Shown here: positions 10,422 through 18,541 of the stretch, piece after piece
How positions within the stretch are numbered: the first letter of the stretch is position 1
How the letters are laid out: each line of letters opens with the position of its first letter
Notes under the pieces: model-generated
The model's database searches: none
Seen by the model: the letters and a program-made list of their open reading frames with translations, nothing else
Told to the model about the DNA's origin: nothing
Made by a program: the position numbers and the translations under genes
Source: Nostoc punctiforme PCC 73102
GTDB lineage: Bacteria > Cyanobacteriota > Cyanobacteriia > Cyanobacteriales > Nostocaceae
Assembly: GCF_000020025.1 (NCBI RefSeq)
Contig: NC_010628.1
Coordinates: 990,001 to 1,022,000 of the forward strand
Direction of reading: 5' to 3'
DNA length: 32,000 bases

Positions 10422-11324
10422 ATGAATTCCGAATCGAAACTTTCTCAAACAGCCAATTCGTCATTTACGATGGACGATTTTGCCAAAGCGCTAGAAAAAC
10501 ACGACTACCAGTTTCAAAAGGGACAGGTTGTACATGGCAAAGTGTTCCAACTTGACCATGATGGAGCTTATGTCGATATTGGTGGCAAGTCGTCAGCTTT
10601 TCTACCGCGCGATGAGGCTTCTTTGAGAGCAGTTACCGATTTATCGGAAGTGCTGCCATTGCAAGAGGAAATGCAGTTTTTGATTATCCGAGATCAGGAT
10701 GCAGAAGGTCAAGTCACCCTTTCTCGCAAGCAGTTGGAAATTCAGCACATCTGGGAACGACTGGCTGAAATGCAGGAAAATGCTCAGACTGTGCAAGTAC
10801 GGGTTATGGGTGTGAATAAAGGTGGTGTCACCGTCGATATTCTCTCTTTGCGGGGGTTTATTCCGCGATCGCACTTGGCAGAGCGTGATAACTTAGACGC
10901 ACTCAAAGGTCAAAATCTGACTGTGGGCTTTTTGGAAATTAATAAAAATACCAACAAACTCATCCTTTCTCAGCGATTAGCAACTCGTTCTAGCAACTTC
11001 AGCTTATTAGAACTAGGTCAACTGGTGGAAGGTAAAGTTACTGGCATCAAACCTTTTGGTGTGTTTGTCGATTTAAATGGTATGGGGGCTTTGCTTCATA
11101 TCAAGCAGGTAAGCCAAAAATTCATTGACTCATTAGAAAAGGTATTTAAAGTTGGTCAGCCAATTAAAGCTGTAATTATTGACTTGGATGAAGGTAAAGG
11201 GCGGGTTGCTCTTTCTACCAGAGTTCTAGAAAACTTCCCTGGTGAAGTGCTAGAGAATATGGATGAGGTGATGGCTTCGGCTGAGGCGCGTGCTAATAGA
11301 GCTAATAACAAAGCTGCTGAATAG
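10422..11324 (+). CDS. S1 RNA-binding domain protein (ribosomal protein S1-like, short cyanobacterial paralog)
   Basis: 300 aa with three S1/OB repeats: GQVVHGKVFQLDHDGAYVDIGGKSSAFLP, VQVRVMGVNKGGVTVDILSLRGFIPRSH and GQLVEGKVTGIKPFGVFVDL. Confidence 0.85.
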   Translation: MNSESKLSQTANSSFTMDDFAKALEKHDYQFQKGQVVHGKVFQLDHDGAYVDIGGKSSAFLPRDEASLRAVTDLSEVLPLQEEMQFLIIRDQDAEGQVTLSRKQLEIQHIWERLAEMQENAQTVQVRVMGVNKGGVTVDILSLRGFIPRSHLAERDNLDALKGQNLTVGFLEINKNTNKLILSQRLATRSSNFSLLELGQLVEGKVTGIKPFGVFVDLNGMGALLHIKQVSQKFIDSLEKVFKVGQPIKAVIIDLDEGKGRVALSTRVLENFPGEVLENMDEVMASAEARANRANNKAAE

Positions 11325-11392
11325 TTTTGAAGTGAGCTGCTTGCACAAAGCGTTTAAATCCCCATGTGAAACAATTTTGAATTGTTAATACT

Positions 11393-11420
11393 CCCCCCTG
11401 TATCTACAAAGATATGGGGG
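11393..11420 (+). terminator. C-rich/G-rich hairpin downstream of the S1 gene
   Basis: CCCCCCTGTATC-TACAAA-GATATGGGGG read directly. A 7-bp hairpin (11371-11387) lies just upstream. A homologous copy of this module occurs at 13457-13482. Confidence 0.5.
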
Positions 11421-11608
11421 ATTGTAATTGGGAAAACTTTTTTCAGACTCCTTTCTGGTAGTCTATAAAGCTAGTTTTAAGGGTTTGTAGTAAGCACTTT
11501 AGTGCTTAAATTGCTATCAACCGCCAGTGCCAGATATCGTATCTCTGGAATGTTTATTAATTCGTAGAAAACAAACCTATTATAAATATTTATAAAAGTC
11601 TGAAGTGC

Positions 11609-12535
11609 TTAAATGTTGCAGTTCACAAGTCTCGACGCGAGAAAAGAGAATACCTCCTCCCCAAGCCCCTCTTTGAATTCCAAACAATCTGGGAGGTGTC
11701 CCTCAAATGCTGAAGTGTTAAAAGCTACATCTTCATTATCAATCCAGTATCCTTTAACTCTCCATCCTACACGATCGCCAAATTTTTCCCAGACTTCTTT
11801 ATAATATTCACCGTCAGCCTTCCCACCAACACTTAGATAAATGTTTTTCTGAACGCTAAAGCCAAAGCGCCCATCACTATATTTTACCCAAAGTTGGTCA
11901 ATAGTACGTAAGTCAGTACAGGGAAAATTATTGATGGATTCGATATCAAACCAGCCTTCCTCTTCCCTACTAGATGCCTTGAGCATGACAGCTAAAGTTT
12001 CCTCATCCGCTTCTTTCCACTTGCCTGCTGCTAGCAAATCTCGCAATCGCGTGTAGTTTACTCCCTTCTCAGAACTGAGGTCATCGACTTGAATTACTGG
12101 CTGTAGTTTTAGTTTTCGCTCTGGTCGTTTTCCAGTAATACCCCAAATTAACTGCCCCATAGCTTCAGTGTCTGTCCGAAAGTCAACCCATGTATTACCC
12201 CTAAGAAAAACTGGGAGTTTAGGCTGCTGTGGTGTATTCCCAAGCAAAACGGGAATCACGGGACAGTTTCTCTCTACAAATTCGTTTAAAAAAGCTCTCA
12301 TCTCTTGACTTTGCCAGGGGCCAAGTCCACTGCTACCTACAAAAACTGCTGCTGATTTAATATTTTCTATTTGTTCTTCTAGTAAAGACTGCCATGCTAA
12401 ACCAGGACGAAGTTCCCATTTATCTAGCCAAGGTTTAATTCCTTGTCTTGTTAATTCATGAGCAATTTCTATAACTTCAGGTTTGTCTTTGCTATTGTGG
12501 CAAAGGAAGATATCAAACTGATCTTCGTCACTCAT
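11609..12535 (-). CDS. TIR domain - GUN4 domain fusion protein
   Basis: The N-terminal ~125 aa is TIR-like: FDIFLCHNSKDKPEVIEIAHELTRQGIKPWLDKWELRPG...AAVFVGSSGLGPWQSQEM, including the W-x-x-x-E context of the catalytic Glu. The C-terminal ~135 aa is an unmistakable GUN4 core: GKWKEADEETLAVML...FPCTDLRTIDQLWVKYSDGRFGFSVQKNIY...VGWRV...FEGHLP. Confidence 0.85.
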   Translation of the reverse strand: MSDEDQFDIFLCHNSKDKPEVIEIAHELTRQGIKPWLDKWELRPGLAWQSLLEEQIENIKSAAVFVGSSGLGPWQSQEMRAFLNEFVERNCPVIPVLLGNTPQQPKLPVFLRGNTWVDFRTDTEAMGQLIWGITGKRPERKLKLQPVIQVDDLSSEKGVNYTRLRDLLAAGKWKEADEETLAVMLKASSREEEGWFDIESINNFPCTDLRTIDQLWVKYSDGRFGFSVQKNIYLSVGGKADGEYYKEVWEKFGDRVGWRVKGYWIDNEDVAFNTSAFEGHLPDCLEFKEGLGEEVFSFLASRLVNCNI

Positions 12536-12780
12536 CTATAAGTCTCCTTACACCTACTTCTCTATATCGACAATAATTGCCAACGCATTATACTTACTGC
12601 TTTAAATCCTTCTTCAACGATTCCAACTTCAGCATATAGAATGCCTTAAATTCTAGGTAAGAAGCAACTAAACCTGGGATATTAGTACTAATTTAAATCC
12701 TAACGAAGCTGATTCACGTTTATACAAACAAAGTCCGCCTCTTCGGACTAATGAAAAATATAGTGCTTCTCGTTTCTATG

Positions 12781-13039
12781 CAATACAGTCTAACCTCTCT
12801 CCTTTTAGGAGCTACGGTGTACACAAAAGTCCTATTACCCCCCTCAATCCCCCCTTTATAAGGGGGGAAGCCGGAAATCTAGTTCCCTCCCCTTTCCAAG
12901 GGGAGGGTTAGGGTGGGGTAAAACCTTGGTCAATAAGCTATTCCAGACTTGTGTGTACACCGTAGCCTTTTAGGAGAGAGGCTTTGAGTTTTACTCCCCT
13001 TCCCTTGCAGAGAAGGGGTTGGGGGTTAGGTCTGTATTG
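12781..13039. mobile_element. MITE-like nested palindromic element, non-coding
   Basis: Outer inverted repeats are CAATACAGTCTAACC (12781-) and GGTTAGGTCTGTATTG (-13039). Inner ~36-bp inverted repeats lie at 12794-12831 and 12946-12981 (CCTCTCTCC..CTACGGTGTACACA.AAGTC). The core holds GC hairpins (CCCCCCTTTATAAGGGGGG, CCCTCCCCTTTCCAAGGGGAGGG) of the kind dispersed in Nostoc genomes. Confidence 0.6.
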
Positions 13040-13115
13040 AACTTAAGTTAGTAGTTAATGCATCACAAAAATGAATTAAGTCGAATTTAATAAGCAAAGT
13101 GGCATTTGACTTACT

Positions 13116-13305
13116 CAAAAGCTCCTTTTACTTATTCAAAAGCTCTGTTTGCTTTCTCATTTCGGTATTTTCAGCAAGCAAAAGCTCTTTTTACTTACTA
13201 AAAAGCTCTGTTTGCTTTCTCATTTCAGTATTTTGAGCAAGCAAAAGCTCCTTTTACTTACTCAAAAGCTGTATTTGCCTTCTCATTTTGGTGTTCTCCG
13301 CAAGT
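13116..13305. repeat. three tandem copies of a 63-bp unit
   Basis: CAAAAGCTCCTTTTACTTA begins at 13116, 13179 and 13242. The unit is roughly CAAAAGCTC(C/T)TTTTACTTAYTMAAAAGCTCTGTTTGCTTTCTCATTTCRGTATTTTSAGCAAG, with an internal half-repeat (TTACTNANAAAGCTC). The third copy is more diverged. Confidence 0.85.
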
Positions 13306-13456
13306 AATCAAGCATATTGAGAAAGCAATATGGCAGAAAAATGAGCTATCCTGACCGATATCAGCAAGAAACTCTGCTGAACTTGCACAAGGCTAAGATG
13401 TCACTTGAACAAGCTATCGACTTTTTGAGCCAATAAAACTGATTTTATTACCCCAT

Positions 13457-13482
13457 CCCCTGCATCTACAAAAATGTCGGGG
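13457..13482 (+). terminator. hairpin plus T-run, homologous to the 11393-11420 module
   Basis: CCCCTGCATC-TACAAAAA-TGTCGGGG followed by ATAATTTTTT, read directly. Confidence 0.45.
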
Positions 13483-13608
13483 ATAATTTTTTGAGATTAA
13501 GATAAATAAGGTGTGACCAATTGGCTTAGTTGGCGTGAGGATATCTTGACCATATATCGGGCATTTTGACAACTATAAACGCTGCAACTATTCAATTTAG
13601 GTATTTAT

Positions 13609-14484
13609 ATGTTTCTAGTAACTGGAGCAACGGGAGGAATTGGTCGCAGAGTTGTGCGACTGCTACGGCAACGAGAACAGTCTGTGCGGGCATTTGTCCG
13701 CCTTACCTCGCGCTACAGCGAGTTAGAACACCGGGGTGCAGAAATCTTTATCGGTGATTTACTGCGGGAAAAAGATATTCAAAAAGCTAGTCAAGGTGTG
13801 AAGTATATTATCAGCGCTCACGGTTCTGATAGCGATGCTTTATCTTTAGACTACCGCGCCAATATTGAACTGATTGACCAAGCAAAAGCCAATGGTGTAG
13901 AGCATTTTGTCTTTATTTCGGTATTGGGAGCCGATCGCGGATATGAAGATGCTCCTGTGTTCAAAGCTAAACGAGCAGTAGAGCAATATTTGGCAGCTAG
14001 TGGCTTAAATTACACAATTTTACGCCCATCTGGATTAGCATCTAACTTGCTGCCACTGGTAGAACGATTTCGGGAAACGGGATTGTATCTGCTGATTGGC
14101 GATCGCAAAAACCGTACCTCGATTGTCAGCACCGATGATTTGGCAAGGATAATAGTTGATTCTGTGACAGTTGCAGGCGCTCGTAACCAGATTTTACCAG
14201 TGGGAGGCCCGGAGATTTTATTACGAGAAGATATTCCCCGGATTTTTGGTCGGATTTTCGCCAAAGAGCCAGTAATAATTAATTCACCACTATTTTTTAT
14301 TGATGGATTACAAGGTGCATTGGGTTTATTTAATCCCCAAGTCCAAAAAGCTTTGGGAACTTATCGCACATTGCTAGCAAATGAATTTTTCTGTACAAAA
14401 GATGAAATTGCCAATTTAGAAGCGATTTTTAACTTCCAATTGGAGACATTAGAAAATTTTTTGCGGCGTTATCTAGCAGTTTGA
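13609..14484 (+). CDS. NAD(P)H-binding NmrA/atypical-SDR family protein
   Basis: 291 aa. It has the N-terminal Rossmann motif FLVTGATGGIGRRVV plus FVFISVLGADR and ILRPSG segments typical of NmrA-like/Ycf39-like proteins. Confidence 0.8.
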   Translation: MFLVTGATGGIGRRVVRLLRQREQSVRAFVRLTSRYSELEHRGAEIFIGDLLREKDIQKASQGVKYIISAHGSDSDALSLDYRANIELIDQAKANGVEHFVFISVLGADRGYEDAPVFKAKRAVEQYLAASGLNYTILRPSGLASNLLPLVERFRETGLYLLIGDRKNRTSIVSTDDLARIIVDSVTVAGARNQILPVGGPEILLREDIPRIFGRIFAKEPVIINSPLFFIDGLQGALGLFNPQVQKALGTYRTLLANEFFCTKDEIANLEAIFNFQLETLENFLRRYLAV

Positions 14485-14496
14485 ATTAAACACAAT

Positions 14497-14564
14497 TCAT
14501 TAGTCATTGGTCATTGGTGAATCACCAAAAACAAATGACAAAGGACAAATGACTAATGACAAAT
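14497..14564. repeat. STRR-like heptamer palindrome (TCATTAG TCATTGG TCATTGG ... GACAAAG GACAAAT GACTAAT GACAAAT)
   Basis: Read directly between the SDR gene and the HlyD gene. The arms are complementary around the centre GTGAATCACC. Confidence 0.75.
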
Positions 14565-14582
14565 AAAAAAGGATAAAAATAT

Positions 14583-16064
14583 ATGGTAAATGCTGCTCAA
14601 GCACGTCAGACAAAAGAGCGATTCGCCCAACCAGAAGAACAACTCACTTATGAATTGGGGAAGGCGGTACAGGAATTGCCACCCCTGTACACGAGGTTAT
14701 TAGCCGGAACAATGAGCGTCATCGTATTTGGAGCGATCGCTTGGGCGTACTTCTCGCAAATAGATGAAGTAGCAACAGCACCAGGGGAATTAATTGCTTC
14801 CACACAGGTTAGACCAGTGACATCCTTGGGTGGGGGGTCAATTGTCGGTGTGAAAGTGCAAGAAGGCGATCGCGTCACCAAAGGTCAAATTCTGATTCAA
14901 AAAGACCCTGACTTGCAAATAACTGATGTTTCCCGCCTAGCCAAATCAACTAGATTGATTCAAGACGATTTGCAACGTTTGGATGCAGAACGTCTTGGAG
15001 GAAAAACCACTGGGACGAAACTACAAGATGAACTTTTAACTTCCCGCCTGCAAGACTACCAAGCGCGTCAAGCAGGAGCAGAAGCAGAAGCAAATCGCCA
15101 AATAGCACTCATCAATCAAGCCAAAGTCCGCTTGACTCGATTGCAAGACAACTTAGCTAATGCCAAAAGCAGCTTTGCTAATGCCAAAACCAACCTTGCC
15201 AACGCAGATAGCATCCGAATTAAAATTGAAAGTAATTTGGCACTTGCACAAGAAAGAGAAAAAAGCTTACGCACCCTAATTACTCCTGGTGCTGTACCTC
15301 GTGTCGATTACTTGGATGCTCAAGAAAGATTGACTCGTGCAAAGACAGAAATTACCAGATCGCAAGATGAAGTGACTAATGCCCAAAATAGAATAACAGA
15401 GGCTCAAGATAAAGTCACATCATTAGAAAAAGATATTGCTGCCCAAGCCCAAGAAATTCACCAAGCAGAACAAGCTTACAAAGCTGCTCGTAGTCAGGCC
15501 CAGCGCATCGCATCAGAACGCCAAAGTGAAATTTTAACTCAGTTCAACAAGCGTAAAGAAGAACTGACAACTGTTCAAGGTCAATTAGAGCAGGCGAGAA
15601 AGCAGCAAGCTTTAGAAACGATTGAGGCTCCCGTTGCCGGTACAATTTACAGAGTCAAAGCCACCAAAGGGCCAGTCCAATCTGGTGAAGAATTGCTGTC
15701 AATTTTGCCAGAAGGGGAAGAAATGCTCTTAGAGGTGAAAGTCCTCAACCGCGATATTGGGTTTATTCGTCAAGGAATGAAGGCAAAAGTGAAAATGGCG
15801 ACTTTCCCCTTCCAAGAATTTGGCGTTGTGGATGGCGAAGTCATGCAAGTCAGTCCGAATGCAATTATTGATAAAGAATTGGGCTTAGTTTTTCCTACAA
15901 GAATTAAGCTAAATAAACATTCTGTTAATGTACGTGGTCAAGAGGTAGAATTTACACCAGGTATGTCTGCTACAGGTGAAATTGTCACTCGTAAAAAGTC
16001 AATTTTGACATTTATTACTGAGCCTGTAACGCGGCGGTTCAATGAGGCATTTTCTGTTAGATAG
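14583..16064 (+). CDS. HlyD-family membrane fusion protein (type I secretion adaptor)
   Basis: 493 aa with a single N-terminal TM segment (LLAGTMSVIVFGAIAWAYF) and a lipoyl-like segment (GELIASTQVRPV...VKVQEGDRVTKGQIL). A ~230-aa coiled coil rich in A/Q/E/R follows, then a C-terminal beta-barrel (IEAPVAGTIYRV...). Confidence 0.88.
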   Translation: MVNAAQARQTKERFAQPEEQLTYELGKAVQELPPLYTRLLAGTMSVIVFGAIAWAYFSQIDEVATAPGELIASTQVRPVTSLGGGSIVGVKVQEGDRVTKGQILIQKDPDLQITDVSRLAKSTRLIQDDLQRLDAERLGGKTTGTKLQDELLTSRLQDYQARQAGAEAEANRQIALINQAKVRLTRLQDNLANAKSSFANAKTNLANADSIRIKIESNLALAQEREKSLRTLITPGAVPRVDYLDAQERLTRAKTEITRSQDEVTNAQNRITEAQDKVTSLEKDIAAQAQEIHQAEQAYKAARSQAQRIASERQSEILTQFNKRKEELTTVQGQLEQARKQQALETIEAPVAGTIYRVKATKGPVQSGEELLSILPEGEEMLLEVKVLNRDIGFIRQGMKAKVKMATFPFQEFGVVDGEVMQVSPNAIIDKELGLVFPTRIKLNKHSVNVRGQEVEFTPGMSATGEIVTRKKSILTFITEPVTRRFNEAFSVR

Positions 16065-16141
16065 GTTTGTAGCCTCTCTTGTTCTTATAACTATTTCAAA
16101 AGTGATGCCTACGCATCCCACAAACCACACCTAAAACGTAA

Positions 16142-16162
16142 GGGTTTAGCATTGCTAAACCC
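16142..16162. terminator. hairpin between the convergent HlyD and subtilase B genes
   Basis: GGGTTTAGC-ATT-GCTAAACCC, a 9-bp perfect stem, read directly. It is a possible bidirectional terminator. Confidence 0.4.
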
Positions 16163-16246
16163 CTAAATTCATTCACAGCAGACAAGTGGGTTGGTTGATT
16201 TTTCTAACCGACTAGTATTTAAATCAACTACAAATCGCTATAATTT

Positions 16247-18226
16247 TTAAGCGATACCTAAGAATTTTTTATACTGATCCATTTGTTTTTGCATTCCCTC
16301 TAGTAGTTTCCAAAAATCAACATTATTCTCATCTTTATTATCATCGTTGCTATCTATATTGATACTGCTCAAAATTTTCTCATAATTTTGAAATTGTGAC
16401 CATAATTCTGAATTGCTTAATCCATTATTACCTTCGGCTGGTGTGAGATATTTTGCTGTTTCTGTAATAGTCTGACCAATTAGAGAACCGACATCGGAAT
16501 TATTCAAACTAGCAATAGTCTCTGGTGTGAGATATTTTGCTGTTTCTGTAAGAGTCTGACCAATTAGAGAACCGACATCGGAATTATTCAAACTAGCAAT
16601 AGTCTCTGGTGTGAGATATTTTGCTGTTTCTGTAATAGTCTGACCAATTAGAGAACCGACATCGGAATTATTCAAACTAGCAATAGTCTCTGGTGTGAGA
16701 TATTTTGCTGTTTCTGTAATAGTCTGACCAATTAGAGAACTGACATCGGAATTATTCAAACTAGCAATAGTCTCTGGTGTGAGATATTTTGCTGTTTCTG
16801 TAATAGTCTGACCAATTAGAGAACCGACATCGGAATTATTCAAACTAGAAATTTTCTGTGATGTCAAATAATTTGCAGTTTGTGCGTCGATATGTAGCAG
16901 GTTGTCGCCAGACATCACTTGCTTTGCCAGAGAACTGACATTAGAAATATTGAAACTAGAGGTTATACTTTGTGAACTATCTGCTGCTGTGTCTGCGTAG
17001 CCCGTCGTAGACATCACTTGCTTTGCCAAAGAACTAACATTAGAAATATTTAAACTAGAGTTTGTACTTTGTGTACTATTTTCTGATGTTTCTGCCACAA
17101 TCTGACGTACTTGGGCATCAGTCAGGCTGGGGTTAGCACTAAGCATCAGGGCAACTACACCAGCAACATGGGGAGTAGCCATAGATGTGCCGCTATAAGT
17201 GGCATACTGATTATTCGGAACTGATGAATAAACCTTGACTCCTGGGGCTGTGACATAAGAGATTTGATTTGTTCCAGAGCGGTTAGAGAAATCCGCCATA
17301 TTATTATTTTTGTCTACTGCCCCAACAGCAATTCCCGCCTTGGATGCATAGCGGGCGGGATAGTCTGGTGATGATTCACCATCATTACCTGCTGCCATGA
17401 CGACAATCACTCCTTTGCTACTGGCATAGTTAATGGCTGACTCCAAAGTCCGATTGGAAGATGTGCCTCCTAAACTGAGGTTAATCACATTAGCTCCATT
17501 ATCCACAGCGTAGCGAATACCTTTAGCTATAGAACTATAGGAACCAGAGCCAGACTCATTTAAAACTTTGACAGGCATAATCTTGGCATCATAAGCAATA
17601 CCAGTGACACCGTAGTTATTATTTTCTCCTGCGATCGTGCCAGAAACATGAGTACCGTGACCATTGTTATCTAGTGTGTTGTTGTTTTTATCCGCAAAAT
17701 TCCACCCGTAATTATCATCAATATAGCCATTGCCATCATCATCTATACCGTTACCCGCAATTTCCTTGGTATTTGTCCAGATATTATTTTTTAAATCCTC
17801 GTGGTTATAGTCAACCCCAGTATCTACAACAGCGACAACAACGCCTTTACCTGTGTATCCTTGTGCCCAAACTTCTGGTGCTTTAACAAGGTCTGCTCCC
17901 CAATTATTACCACCAAGATCAGGAACATCAGCAAAGGTATTCTGATTAGTAGCTTTAGCCACTGCTGCTGCTGCATTAATTAAACCATAGCCATTGGTGG
18001 AGTTATAACTTTGCGTGGTAAAAGCATTAGTCGTAGCGTTACTGTTATTTTCGTAGTCACTATTATTTAGTAACTGCACATCAGAATCGGCTGAGTTGTA
18101 GCTACTACGTATGCTATTGAGGCTGGAGTCATTCTTAGTATTAAATGTATCTAATGAAGAGATTGAAGTAGAATTTAAGCTTTTATTAGTAGAAAACAAA
18201 GTGTTATTAGTATTATCATTGAGCAT
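16247..18226 (-). CDS. S8 (subtilisin-like) serine peptidase 'B' with C-terminal tandem repeats and no signal peptide
   Basis: 659 aa with an intact catalytic triad: VAVVDTGVDYNH (Asp), HGTHVSGTIAG (His), GTSMATPHVAG (Ser). The N-terminal 75 aa are Asn/Ser-rich with no hydrophobic h-region. Residues 386-451 form 2 x 33-aa repeats and residues 448-597 form about 5.5 x 28-aa repeats. The C-terminal ~60 aa are amphipathic and charged. Confidence 0.9.
   Translation of the reverse strand: MLNDNTNNTLFSTNKSLNSTSISSLDTFNTKNDSSLNSIRSSYNSADSDVQLLNNSDYENNSNATTNAFTTQSYNSTNGYGLINAAAAVAKATNQNTFADVPDLGGNNWGADLVKAPEVWAQGYTGKGVVVAVVDTGVDYNHEDLKNNIWTNTKEIAGNGIDDDGNGYIDDNYGWNFADKNNNTLDNNGHGTHVSGTIAGENNNYGVTGIAYDAKIMPVKVLNESGSGSYSSIAKGIRYAVDNGANVINLSLGGTSSNRTLESAINYASSKGVIVVMAAGNDGESSPDYPARYASKAGIAVGAVDKNNNMADFSNRSGTNQISYVTAPGVKVYSSVPNNQYATYSGTSMATPHVAGVVALMLSANPSLTDAQVRQIVAETSENSTQSTNSSLNISNVSSLAKQVMSTTGYADTAADSSQSITSSFNISNVSSLAKQVMSGDNLLHIDAQTANYLTSQKISSLNNSDVGSLIGQTITETAKYLTPETIASLNNSDVSSLIGQTITETAKYLTPETIASLNNSDVGSLIGQTITETAKYLTPETIASLNNSDVGSLIGQTLTETAKYLTPETIASLNNSDVGSLIGQTITETAKYLTPAEGNNGLSNSELWSQFQNYEKILSSINIDSNDDNKDENNVDFWKLLEGMQKQMDQYKKFLGIA
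16436..16885 (-). repeat. 84-bp tandem repeats inside subtilase B: 5 near-identical copies plus a degenerate one
   Basis: GGTGTGAGATATTTTGCTGTTTC starts at 16440, 16524, 16608, 16692 and 16776, an exact 84-bp period. Copies differ by only 1-2 nt. Each encodes ETAKYLTPETIASLNNSDV(G/S)SLIGQT(I/L)T. Confidence 0.95.
16874..17071 (-). repeat. 2 x 99-bp coding repeat inside subtilase B
   Basis: GACATCACTTGCTTTGCC occurs at 16911 and 17010. The copies encode QS(T/I)(N/T)SS(L/F)NISNVSSLAKQVMS... Confidence 0.8.
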
Positions 18227-18425
18227 AATTTTTTTCTCAAAGTTAGAAATGTTTTTTAACAGCTAGAATCGTTAAAACTTTTACTAAACAAAAGTTTTAA
18301 TGAGTAAATAAGCCGTATTGTTAATAAGTACTATGAAATTTAATAATAAAATGCTAATTTTATTACCAAAAAAGTATGATGATAATCATGCTTTTTGCGA
18401 ACAGCTATTTAGAATACGCTTAATT

Positions 18426-18480
18426 GGGGTAAATATAGCGAAGCTGTCACCAGGGGCAAGATAGGCTGAAAGTACTGCGG
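18426..18480 (+). repeat. Tn3-family left terminal inverted repeat
   Basis: GGGGTAAATATAGCGAAGCTGTCACCAGGGGCAAGATAGGCTGAAAGTACTGCGG, read directly. Confidence 0.92.
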
Positions 18481-18541
18481 TGGATGACTTTCAGACTATA
18501 AGATTAAGAGACATACGAACAAAGCGTATTTTTAGACACAT

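Noticed and set aside
13116-13305. Possible CRISPR array (also considered for 16436-16885)
   Set aside because: The repeats are directly abutting with no unique spacers. The 84-bp set is in-frame coding sequence of the subtilase. No cas genes are in the window.
13342-13437. 31-codon ORF (MSYPDRYQQETLLNLHKAKMSLEQAIDFLSQ) followed by a hairpin and T-run
   Set aside because: It is tempting as a small gene because a terminator-like hairpin follows. However, there is no clear Shine-Dalgarno, it is too short to evaluate, and no family is recognisable. It is mentioned only as context for the 63-bp repeat finding.
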